The translations under genes were made by a program, and so were the position numbers. A DNA stretch of 62,475 bases, counting the filler, from Sphacelaria rigidula (lineage: Eukaryota), in NCBI GenBank assembly GCA_964200075.2. It is 11 parts of 11 records of this genome, joined end to end, with 100 filler letters (N's around TTAATTAATTAA, not from the genome) between each part and the next. Parts side by side here need not be neighbours in the genome. Positions count along the whole stretch, not along the records: positions 1 to 5,589 come from CAXNAA020026064.1; positions 5,690 to 11,278 come from CAXNAA020026065.1; 9 more parts are not named here. The stretch is one strand, 5' to 3'. This document shows, piece after piece, positions 1-10,720 of the stretch (within the stretch, counting starts at the first letter, position 1; every line of letters begins with the position of its first letter). The notes under the pieces were generated by a model, which did no database searches, had not been told where the DNA came from, and worked only from the letters and a program-made list of their open reading frames with translations.

Positions 1-159
1 CCCCCCTCCTCCGGACGAGTCCGTAGTCTCAAGGGATCAATCTATCTCCCTCTCCCCGTTCGTGCACACCTTAGATTTTGGTCTCGCGGATTTGGTCAGA
101 ACTCCCACACCGCTTCAACTCTCGTCAAAAAAACTCAGCCAACCGCTTCTTGTTTACCC

Positions 160-282
160 ACGTACTCACGCCTTCGACGGTGGAAATCAGATATTTGGAA
201 GGAAGAACCCAACGCAACGGGAATCAAACCCACGTTCTCTCCACCCTAATGGTAACAGTCGGACCATTAGACCGCTGGGGTG
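160..282 (-). mobile_element. tRNA-derived SINE-like head (family A), degenerate
   Basis: The minus strand has an A-box-like CGGTCTAATGG and a B-box-like GGTTTGATTCCC. The segment is homologous to 24915-25038 (shared CCACGTTCTCTCCACCCT and TCACGCCTTC). Confidence 0.55.
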
Positions 283-1654
283 CACCCGCTGATAGTGATG
301 ATCAATAATCTACCCGAGGGGATGGGGGCACGAGGAGTTTGTTCTGCTTTCCCACATATTTCGTCTTACTATTTTACACCCAGTCTTTCATCCTCAGGAT
401 GAATTTGTAGTCTCAGGGGATGATTGAACCCAACCCATGCCCCCCCCCTGCATAGCACCGGTACTTTACGTGCACCTTGCCATACGCGCATAGGATCCGC
501 CCTCCCGATTGCTTTACGAAAACGCAGCAAACAAAAACGGCAGGAGAAAACACGCACACACACACGCACACATTATCCACGACGGGTCCGGAACCCTAGG
601 GTATCAGCCAATCTCCTTCCACCCCCTGCTACCTCCACACTATGGACCATAGCATACGCACTCTCGATTGTCGCACGGAAGCCACGATGACACGATCGAA
701 CAAGAACGCGAGAGGAAGTCATTTTCTTCATAACGTGATGAATATAGATGTACATGTATCATTTCATATTTTTCACCACTTTTGCCGAGTTTCCTCTGGC
801 AGTAGGGCATTTTTTCCCGCGCTTTCTTTTGCAGCGCCCTGAGAACGCTCAACGGTATATTACCGTTCAGGGTTGGGTGTCATCTGATACCTGTGGCGCG
901 TGTTCTGGCCACCGAAAGTCGCTCAATCTGGTCCTTTTTCGCGGGGTGTCGATCCCGAACCACAAAAGCCTTTTCACGACGATGGAAAACCTGAGACAAG
1001 AACCCGAACCGCTTGCTGAAGATAATGGTAATCTTGAAACAGGATTACTTTCGGCAGGGCATTTTTTCCCCGTGTTTTTCTTTGTCGCGTTCTCGTTTAT
1101 TTGGGAGCACGAACACACCGGCTATGCCGCAAATGTCAGGAGAACATGAGAGCAAAGCACTTGAAAACAATTGGATGTTGCCTTGGCCTTAGTCAGTGGC
1201 AAACACAAGACCGTGCAATGGGCCGTTGGCGGGTTGAACAAGGCACACAGGACGGCAGCACAGGAATGTTGTCTCGCGAAACGATCACCCTGTTGAAAAA
1301 AAAGGCCAGGGGATGTGGAGGCAACAGTGATGCACACAAGGAACATGCCAAGAATGTTCCACGCATTCCAATTTTTCGGGAGTGCCTCCCGCTGTCATGT
1401 CTTCGTGGCACGAGAGCGACTTCGCACTCTGGCACCTCGGAGATACCACACATACATGTCCTACGCCGGCGGTTCCGCCGTCGGCCTCCGTCCGAATTCC
1501 CATATTTTCCCAACGACATCCGATCACACATGCGATGTTTTGTACAGCCATGATCCCTATACTGTACATCGAGATACAATAGCCTCTCTTGACCATATAT
1601 TTTCGACTTGCGTTACCTCCGGAAGGCCCGTACCAACCTCCCGAAGGGGAACCT

Positions 1655-1686
<32 letters not shown>

Positions 1687-2004
1687 TATACCGCGACGAC
1701 CACGTCGACTGCCTGTACTGTGTTTTTCATCCATGCCCCCCGTCGAAAAAGGTAACCACGATAAAATCACTATAATTGTAGATAATACAGGTAAAGAACG
1801 TGAACCAAACCAACCACCATATGATTGGCAGTTCATGTATTCATTTACTGGCAGGTAGCCACAGCGATGCCAGTGGAGTCTTGGGTTACCGAACGAGTGT
1901 CTTAGTCGATATGTGTTCGTCAAGCGTGCTCATCTACGGTAGCGAACGATGTGCTACTCCCTATACTGAAATGAAGTTGTGTTTTTTGTCTTGCAACAAG
2001 TAGA

Positions 2005-2372
2005 AGCCGGTCGCTCCGATAGCTCAGCTTCGCAACCTCGAAACCTTTTGACGGTTGAGACGTGGGCTTGGATCTCGGTGCAGTCACACGATGTGGGATT
2101 TTTTCTCCCATCGTGCCCAACAATGGAGAAAGACTAAGACATGAGTACGACAAAGTTCGACTTCACGGTCGACGAGGGAAAGGCGCAGCTGAACTCTTCT
2201 CGCGATAAAAAGAAAGGCAAACACCGCAAAAGGGAAGTGGAGTGCTAAATTAAAATAACAAATAACAATCTCCTGTGTTGACCTTCCTCCTGTGTGACCC
2301 AGGCGGAGGCGCCCACATATACCGAAAGGTGTAGACTCGCGTCCAGAATAGATTGGATACCATACACACACC
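2005..2372 (+). mobile_element. tRNA-derived SINE (family B), full-length degenerate copy within the GME intron
   Basis: The head TAGCTCAG...AACCTCGAAACCTTTTGACGGTTGAG, the body (GACTTCACGGTCGACGAGGGAAAGG...TCCTCCTGTGTGACCC...CCCACATATACCGAAAGGTGTAGACT) and a CA-rich tail are shared with 28446-28582, 51210-51566 and 57145-57505. Confidence 0.7.
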
Positions 2373-2794
2373 AGCACGTAGTCAGATCCAGAAGGACCAA
2401 TAAATTCAAAGTCTCCAAGTCGGGCAACCAGATTGGGACGGGGGACGGGGTGGGTGCTACGCATACAGCTGTGCTACATTAGGGGTGTTCCAACTGCGGG
2501 CGATCAACCCTTTGTCCGCCAGGGTAGGTCTTCTGACTCTTGCAGTTATTTTTCTATTTGAAAAAGATGTCCGATTCAGCAGATTTCCCACCCAGACGGT
2601 CGAGCGGAGGTATAAAAGGGTGAATTTTCCGCTTCCCAGGAGGATTGCAGAAAAAATAAAATAAAGGGAAAAGTCTGCACTCCCCTTGGGCTGACCGACA
2701 GTAAACTACAATGCAACGACCAAGGCGTCAAGGTATACTCGTAGGTTCAGTTACTGTAAAGAAAGCCGAGGAGCATATTCTGTGCTGAACTCGC

Positions 2795-2911
2795 CTCCGG
2801 TTTCATGAACTCGTTCTCCTTCCAGTCAGCACACACCACGTACCAGCCCTCCGCCTTCAGTCTCTTGGCCAGGTGGCTCCCGATGAAGCCGGCGCCGCCA
2901 CCAATCAACAC
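2795..2911 (-). CDS. GME: GDP-mannose 3,5-epimerase (extended SDR / NAD-dependent epimerase), internal exon with the Rossmann motif; partial gene
   Basis: The 117-nt exon between acceptor ...TGCAG| and donor |GCGAGT encodes VLIGGGAGFIGSHLAKRLKAEGWYVVCADWKENEFMKPE. This has the GGAGFIGSH NAD-binding motif and the GME-like 'DWKxNExM' segment. Neighbouring exons were not found in the contig. Confidence 0.8.
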
Positions 2912-5589
2912 CTGCACGTTGCAGTGTTGTGGATGATTCGGCTGATTGGTTAGATAGGTTTGGTTGATCAATTCCAGTGGTTGGTCTGAATAAATAACCG
3001 TTATTTTTCGCCCGCGGCCTGCTGCGAGACCTGACGGTCCGATGTGGGGATGGCGATCCTGTAGACGGGGAACACCTAGCAGGACGTCCAGGCGCTTAGA
3101 AAGATTACACATATTTCGTCTTCAGAACAAAAAAGTGTTGTTCCTTGTCAGTAATTTCGAGGCATTTTACTGAGGTTATGATTAATCATCCGCGGCATCG
3201 ATTGGAGGTGGTCAGGCTTCAAGGCATGAAATATCCTGAGACCAGAGGGGCAGACGTCCTTGAACAAGAGGTCTCGACATCGACACGGGTAACTGCTGCT
3301 GCAGACCACGATCAAAGAATATCTCAGTAGGATAAGAAAGACGCTGTGTTGCTGCGGAGATGAGAAGCATTTATTGCACGAGATACATAGGACCACGGTT
3401 AGGCACGGCAAGTCCGTGATTCGATGGCCTGTCGTCCGCCTATACATGGCCGGTGTATGTGTTGTGTACTGTCTGTACAACCCGAGCCGTATTATAGGAA
3501 CGAGCAGGCGCGTACACAGGGGATGCAGCGTGTTCGCTGCGGTGCGTTGTGCTATGCCACGGCACATGACCGCATGCTACTGCCATGTTTGTCAACAATG
3601 CAGCAGTGATGCCCCATGCGTAACTGCTGGGCGGTGAAGACGGTCCGAGGTCCACATGTCTCCCTGGTGTGGCGCACGACTGCACCCTGACATTACTATA
3701 GGGAGCACACTGCTTACTGCCTGCATTGATCAAGAGGTGGTGTGTGCGTGTGGTTTGACGATTACAACCCCCCGGAGCATGTGCGGGAGTGCTCATTATG
3801 ACTGACCACATGGAAACGCAGACCCTGCGCAAAATTTGTAGCATGGTCTGTGCTGTGGTGACGGTCCTTTATTGGTGTTAAATGTATTACGCGGGCGCGT
3901 CCGTGTCGGGAGGGATTCCACGTTACCCTAGGATTTGCACTGAACACGTATAGAACACGTATACTACATACCGTATGGAAAATGTGGTCGCAATACAAAC
4001 GGTATACGATACTGACTGTATACAGTATACCTGTCGCGAGAGTTGGTTCTCAACGTTGCGGGAGCTGCATACTGAGAGCAAATGAAAACGAGATGAGGTC
4101 CGCAAAACACCGATGGGGCGCCTGTCAGGGAAAGGTCAATATCCTCACGTGGGAGCATGGGTCGGCAGAGTATCCGGTTGATTCTGGTAGAATAAAAACT
4201 ACAGCAACCGCCTCTGTCATTCTCACTCCGCCGGCATGAAGGCTACGCCAAGCATAGCACTGCAAGGGAGGAGACCTTGCCTGCTGCCAGAGCAGGTTTG
4301 CGGTGCTCCTTGCGGGAACACACTCTCCTCTTTGGCTACGCTGCGCGGTCGCGTGTTGCTCGATACGGCGCCTAAAACCGAACGGGCTCAGCCTTTAACA
4401 TATGAAGAACCTTGACTGTTGGGTATTTCCCGTCTTAGCGCTAGCCTCGAGCGACAGGGGGGCAACGTGAACAACCAGGCTTGCAAGATCTACCCCTGGC
4501 TGCGCATGGATTTGATATATTCACCGTCTACAAGTCTCATTACAAATTGTTCTAGTGTTCGGAATCACTCCAGCATCGTGCAAAATAATCGTTTCAAGCC
4601 AAACGCTGCGCTTACAACGCCTTGGATCGCCGAAACTGCTGCGTCAACACCAACCTGCGGCTTCAAGCAACACATACGTTTCAGCATCATCGGACGCCAG
4701 GTATGCTGTGTAGGGGCGCCTAATTTCCAAAAATACAGCCTCCACATTATTGAAAAAGAACAACACTGAAAAGCATCGCAGCAAACTACAATGATCGAGA
4801 GGGCGGATTGGGGGTTTTGCAGGCCGTGTAAGGCTCAGGCTCAGCAGCAAACAGCCGTGGATGACAGCCGGGATCTTTGGGGAAGAGACAAGATCCCCGC
4901 TGAGGGCCCATGCGTGTTGCTTGTGCGTGTGTATGAATTTGTGCATCTTTGTCCTCCTCAATCGGCTGTTTGGAGTAGCAGGGGGGGAATTTCCGCCACC
5001 CTCCGGCCCAAATCAAGCACCACCCAACCATACCCGCACACACTGCCTGCTGCCGCTCACCCCCCCCTCAAGATACGTGTCACGGTCTCTACCTGCTCAA
5101 CAACATACAGTTCACTTTGTGTTGACCCCATACATGTGCTTCTACATTTGCGGGCGCGATCATTGCTATTCCACTCTCTGCATTGTATACAACTGCGAGT
5201 CGACAGTACAGCCGGCCCTGACTTTGTCCGCGTCCCACGGAGAGAAAAAAAACGAGACTGAGGTTGTGAGAGTGAGGATAAGACTGGTGGTTTATTTTTT
5301 CTTCATCCTCATGATTGGTCAAGAGCTATTGTTCCATAATCATCGCCCTCAGAATCACTCTCATTAAAATGAGCCATGTTTGACTGTTTTCGCGAGATCG
5401 GGCCAACAATCTTATGATACCACGAAAGGGAACGATAAATGGTTGCCGACATAGCCCCAGAAGCTTTTTGTTGACCAGTGATGGCGGCACTAATCAAGTG
5501 TGACGCGCTGGTCTCATCGCGTGTTGTCACGTTCTGATTTACTTCCTCTGGGGCGAAATATAAGCTCGTTTGGAAAAGCGCAAAATATA

Positions 5590-5689
5590 NNNNNNNNNNN
5601 NNNNNNNNNNNNNNNNNNNNNNNNNNNNNNNNNTTAATTAATTAANNNNNNNNNNNNNNNNNNNNNNNNNNNNNNNNNNNNNNNNNNNN
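5590..5689. other. Artificial contig linker N44-TTAATTAATTAA-N44. Also at 11279-11378, 16968-17067, 22657-22756, 28346-28445, 34035-34134, 39724-39823, 45412-45511, 51100-51199 and 56788-56887
   Basis: An identical 100-nt spacer with stops in all six frames occurs ten times. The intervening segments are all 5,589 bp and then 5,588 bp, as expected for size-sorted concatenated contigs. Confidence 0.98.
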
Positions 5690-5794
5690 TTTCTTCAAGG
5701 TATTCGACCTTACATGTACGCTATTTAATCCCCCGTCCCCCCTGTCCAGCAGCTGGAAGACAAAGCAAAACAACTACTTTCGTACTTTTTGGTA

Positions 5795-6248
5795 TTAATC
5801 CGCGGATATCCATACATTTTTCGCGGATAACCGTATCGGTTTAATAGATTACTGCGACGGTGCACCGCGGGGAATTGCCGCGGTTTGTGCGGATTGTTCC
5901 ACGGAGGGGGGCAATCCGCTCCGTGAAAAAATCAATGCCACGGATATCCGCTCCGCAATAATCCGTGACATTTTCATTCGCGGATATCCGCCCCGTGAAA
6001 ATCCGTGACTTTTCCCACTGACGGATATCCGCTCCGTACCATATGAAAAAAATCTGCACCGCACCGTGACATTTTCGTTGGCGGATATCCGCTCCGCAAT
6101 AATCCGTGACATTTTCAGTGGCGGATATCCGCACCGTCATAATCCGTGATTAGCCACACATACGGATATCCGCCCCGCTCCGCTCCGTGAGGTTTCGAAG
6201 AAAAAAAATCAGCACCGCGGAGCGGATTGTCCTCCGTACACATCCCTG
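5795..6248 (-). mobile_element. Terminus of a non-autonomous hAT-like element with subterminal repeats
   Basis: The terminus reads CAGGGATGTGTACGG on the minus strand, similar to the Ac CAGGGATG end. Many CGGATATCCG(C) palindromic subrepeats follow, and the same motif occurs in the hAT copies at 55297-56206 and 57810-58408. Confidence 0.6.
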
Positions 6249-6380
6249 ATAATAACCTCGTCAAATAGCATGGATGTTTGCGGCTGCGGGGATCGAGACA
6301 AGCAGGTTTCCCATGTACGCACGTGTCGAGGACGGAAAGACAACAACACCACAATTACAGCCGCATCCACACCTGCACCA

Positions 6381-6382
<2 letters not shown>

Positions 6383-6411
<29 letters not shown>

Positions 6412-6412
6412 T
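6383..6412. repeat. (TTG)n microsatellite
   Basis: About 9-10 perfect TTG units are visible. Confidence 0.9.
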
Positions 6413-6612
6413 TCTTCACATCAAAAATCGTTCCGATATCTGCGCACTAATCCGTACGCGCACTTGATTCACCACAAAGAGGTCATGATCTACCAATAGC
6501 GCGCAAGGAATATGGAATATAGGGCATTTGTCTACGGCATGTATTCAATCATGGGGAGAAGGGGAGGAGGGGAGGGGGAAAAATAAGATGAAACAAAGAA
6601 ATTAATCAATAC

Positions 6613-6914
6613 CTTCGCTATCATCCGTGTGCTTGCGGACAGGCTTCGGCAACGGTGTCATCCAGCCCGCGGCGCGGTACAGCTCCTCCGTGTTAAGCAC
6701 GGGCGACTGATGCACCAGGTGCGGAGAGGGCGAGTGCCTGGAGGCCTCCGCCAGCACGAACTGGCTAGCCGAAGAAGGGGTAACATTGAAAGGCCTGAAA
6801 TACGGCTCCGCCGTGGAAACAGGGTTAAACATGCTGCGGTTGATGCTGCCGCTGCCGCTGCTTGGCAATCCTGCAGCACCCCCCGCGCCGATCCCGCCCA
6901 GTGTGCTAGACACC
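6613..6914 (-). CDS. RRP6: RRP6-like gene, C-terminal-region exon
   Basis: The GC-rich 302-nt exon (CACAG| ... |GTATTG) is in frame with the previous exon (AG|G = Arg). It encodes VSSTLGGIGAGG...HQSPVLNTEELYRAAGWMTPLPKPVRKHTDDSE. Confidence 0.7.
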
Positions 6915-8184
6915 CTGTGCAGTTGATTGACATCGATTGATATCGATTGATTGGTTTTGATCGATTGTCGCACTTGAATTGATTTCCCAGGGATCCGGTC
7001 GTGGTCACATTACAGTCATATGATAGTCGCACGAAAGTCAGATAGTAGACGTACCCGAAAAAAAACAAAGCTGACACTTTCGCTCAACAAAAATGAAGAA
7101 AAACAGAAGAAAAAAAAAGTAGAACAATCAGGGGAGACAAAAAGGGGGGAAGAAGAAACAACAAATGAAAAGGACAAGAAAAAAAATAAAATGGCTGGCC
7201 TCTGCCACATAGATGATTCTGATTGACTGTCGCATATCAACGGATTCGCCACGAACTCAGCTGCGATGTAAGGACCAAGATAGGGGTACCCCGCAGTGCG
7301 TAAATCAAACGGAATCACATGCACAAAGAAGCTTGAGAACGGGGAACCATGAGGGAAAGATAGAAAAAGAAACGACGGAACACACACAGTGGTGAAGACT
7401 AGAGGGGAAGAAAGTTGTGTTTTGAAGGGGTACGAGTGTGTTCGATAGGGTATGAGATTTCTTGAAGAACTTACACAAGTATTGAGTACATGAAATGGAA
7501 GTCTTGACAGAACTTACAGAACCTTTCGGGCACAGTATGGAGGTTGTACAAAAAACCTTACCCGCAACCGGGCATTTCTTCGAGGGTATGCCCGTACCCT
7601 GGGTGAAGGTAAAAATTGCGTGCAGATCGTACAAATGTCGGATCCCGGTATGAGAGGCTTACATAACTTGGACAACCGTCGGGTACGGGTAATATCCGGG
7701 TAAATACCCCAGGTGTACAATAATCGTGCCCAACAGAACAGGACCTCGGGGGAAAAAACAAAAACAACAACGATGGATCATAACAACAATAACAACAATA
7801 ATAATAATGACAACAACAGGCCAGTCACGGCGGAGTGTCACGAGTACGAAGCCCCACAGATGGTAGTATTTCCAAGCAGAAGCTAGTGCTCATCGTTGAA
7901 AGCGCGAGCGAGGAAGTGGGTTTAAAAAAACAAATAAGGGTCGTCAACAGTGTGCGGGAGCGCTGTTCCAAACCTCGATGATGCCACAGCGTCAGGAGGC
8001 AGATACTGTGTCGAGAACGGCATACTGCAGGTCGATTTCTAAAGACTGCGCACTCGTCCTAAGAGAGGAGAGGGGTCAAACATACGGCACTAAAGTATAC
8101 GCCTACACATACTCTCCTAGCTCCCGCCTGCCTCTGCCTCCGTCTGTCTCTCACAAACAGTGCACCGCACCGCACCGCACCCAC

Positions 8185-8309
8185 CTACTGCCAGAGTTGA
8201 TACCAGCCCCGGCACCTGCTGATAGGTTGGACGGCGGCCTGGTGCCCGCGCCCGCCGGAGTGCGGGGGTTGTGAGGAGTACCACCCTCGACAGACCCGCT
8301 CTTCGATTT
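8185..8309 (-). CDS. RRP6: RRP6-like gene, next exon (low-complexity linker)
   Basis: The 125-nt exon (TAG| ... |GTGGGT) starts in phase 0, matching the HRDC exon, and encodes KSKSGSVEGGTPHNPRTPAGAGTRPPSNLSAGAGAGINSGS. It ends in phase 2, matching the next exon. Confidence 0.7.
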
Positions 8310-8792
8310 CTATCAGGTGGCAAAAAATGGTTCCAGAGAAAGGAAGGCGCAACGGAAAGTTAAGAGAGAACAGCGAAGGGGCGAGGGGAAGATGAGATTT
8401 CAAAGAGGTACTTCGCGCAAATGAGAACATAGTTGCGGTATGTTATTCTAGGTTTTACGGCAAAAGGGAGGGCAAGAAGGAAAAAAAGAACGTTTCGATT
8501 GATCGTACAGATTTAGCAGATAAAGTCATCCGCCACGAGACTGCCCGCGGTCACGCTAGGCCACAAGATGACGAGAGACGTACAATACCCCGAGGCACAT
8601 AAGAACGGGAAAATAAAAGTGACCCTGAAAAAAAACGCGAGAAAAGAAAGGGGGAGAAAAAGTAGAAGAGGAAGGAGAAGAGAAGAACACAAACGCCAGA
8701 CAAGGCCCAGCAGCTATTTAGTGCCGTCGTCTCCAGCAGTACGGGGGGATAAAAAAATAACACTGAATCGCCCTTCCAGGACGTCAACCTAC

Positions 8793-8964
8793 CTCGACGA
8801 TGGCCAGTATCTCCTCTGCTTGTCGCTGCACCAGGCGAGGAAGCGGATTACCGCAGCTCTCCAGCTCATCGAGCGTAGATGGCAGCTTTCTGGCTATGCG
8901 AATCATTACGTATACAGACATGACGTATCCGACCGACTCGTCCTCTTCCCGTGCCACGCGGTCC
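8793..8964 (-). CDS. RRP6: Exosome complex exonuclease RRP6/EXOSC10-like, HRDC-domain exon; partial gene
   Basis: The exon (TAG| ... |GTAGG) encodes RDRVAREEDESVGYVMSVYVMIRIARKLPSTLDELESCGNPLPRLVQRQAEEILAIVE. This matches the Rrp6 HRDC pattern RD..AR.EDES..YV......IA..LP......C.NP.P.LV. Confidence 0.85.
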
Positions 8965-9282
8965 CTACGTATCATGTTCCAAATAATGGATACACACACC
9001 AACACCGCAAAAAAAAAAACGAACAAGACTGTAAGGAAGGGGAACAAAACGGATAGCAGAAATCAATAACAGGGAGAGGGAGCGACGAAAAAAAAGGAGG
9101 AGCGTACAAAGAGCGCATCAAGAACTACACAGCGGTCATTCGCTAAGTAAAAACAAGGTGTTCTTCTCTCATTCTCAGGAATGTACCATGAAGACTGCTC
9201 CGATGGAGGTCACTTTCACTGAAGAAGGAATAAGAAAAAAAACGAAAACAAAAAGGGCGCTTAAACCGTCATCTCTTACCGG

Positions 9283-9601
9283 TTTTTTTGGCTAGATTTT
9301 TCAGTTGTGGGACAGTTGTTATCCCCCACACGGGGAATATTGCCATAACACGTCATGGACATTTTTCATCACCCCGACGAGGGGTCCAGCCCACTTTTCC
9401 GATTCGCTTGGCTCCGGGGTTTCGATAATGATCTCTCCGGCAAAATCCAACATGACATAAAAAAACACGGTGTCTGCAGGATTTTATATCGATTCCTCCC
9501 GACTTTTCCACATGGTGTTCAAGACATGTGATGGCGATATGCCCTGTTTGGGGGCCAAAAACTGGTTCTCATGTCCCAAAACTGAAAAATCTAGCCAAAA
9601 G
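9283..9601. mobile_element. MITE-like element with ~30-bp inverted ends
   Basis: TTTTGGCTAGATTTTTCAGTTGTGGGACA at the left end is the reverse complement of TGTCCCAAAACTGAAAAATCTAGCCAAAA at the right end, with few mismatches. Confidence 0.55.
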
Positions 9602-10659
9602 AAAAATGCCGCGATAGCCCTCTGCCCCGAAAATGGCCAAAAAAACTGTCACGAAGAAATGGCCATATAGCACATGGAGATGATGGCTGGCTCGAGAAAC
9701 CGGGTCTTCGTTTATTCCGAAGAATGCAGGTGTAGCTGATTTCACACACAAGGTGTTGAAGCATAGTTGCAATAATACCGATATAGCTGGTTTCAGAAAC
9801 CAGGTCTAAACACCTCCCATGAAGATTTTGCCTGGATCCCCATTACATCTCTCTGGGGGGGTGCGGAGTGGAGTGGCTATCGCGGCAAAGACACGTTATG
9901 GACAGACGAGGCTTAGCTTACCGCTACTAAGCTCGCTACCGACAAACATTTCCGTGAAAAAAGCACAAAAGCCAAAGTCGTCGACACTCTCTTCATTCGA
10001 AAAAAAAGAGGACCCTCAAAACCAACTCTCGACCATCGAAAACAAACGAAGCTGGGGGCTCACTTTGAAGGCCGCATGCGAATCCTTACCCAACAAACGT
10101 ACTGTAACATAAAACGACAACACTTCAGCACCCCCACGGTTCAAGAAGAGGATGTTTCGAGCCCTGATCCAATTTCTTACCCATCATCAGCTACCATAGC
10201 CGGCCAGATATGTGGAAACACTCACTCGCCCCCATCTTTCTCAGGTGCCACTTTTTTTCGAACTCACACCGTAGCAAAGAAATTTAATGTTTAGTCATTC
10301 TCCATCGGATCATCATCTCCCCATCTGCGGATACAATACGGGGCTGTCTTACCGAGACCCGAACAGTCATTTGGAGAGAAACCAAAAAAACAGTGGGCGA
10401 CTTGCGCCCTGTCATTCATGGATGTCGACTAGCTGCCCCAACATAGCTATCAATTACGGGACGTGAACTGCCACATAAATCCCCCCCCGTCTACATCACT
10501 TTGCGGGTCCTGCTGAGACGGGCCCCAAATAGTATCATCTATTGTAACAGCTACTTCATATATACTATGCACAGTTGCGTTGGGTTTTTCGTTTGACGAG
10601 AGTTGACGCGGTGGGGGAGTGCTGACCCAATCCGTGAGACTAATTTGCAAGGCGTGTAC

Positions 10660-10720
10660 TGAAGAGAGATGGGTTGATCCGTTGAGACCACGGACTCATT
10701 CCGAGGAAGGGGGGGGTTCA
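10660..10720 (+). repeat. Short dispersed repeat; other copies at 15441-15505 (+) and 1-56 (-)
   Basis: The motif GAAGAGAGAT..G..(T)CAATCC..TGAGACCACGG..TC.TC..GAGGA.GGGGG is shared by three different contigs. Confidence 0.6.

Noticed and set aside
6270..6499. Poly-Cys and poly-Leu ORFs
   Set aside because: They come from a (TTG)n microsatellite.
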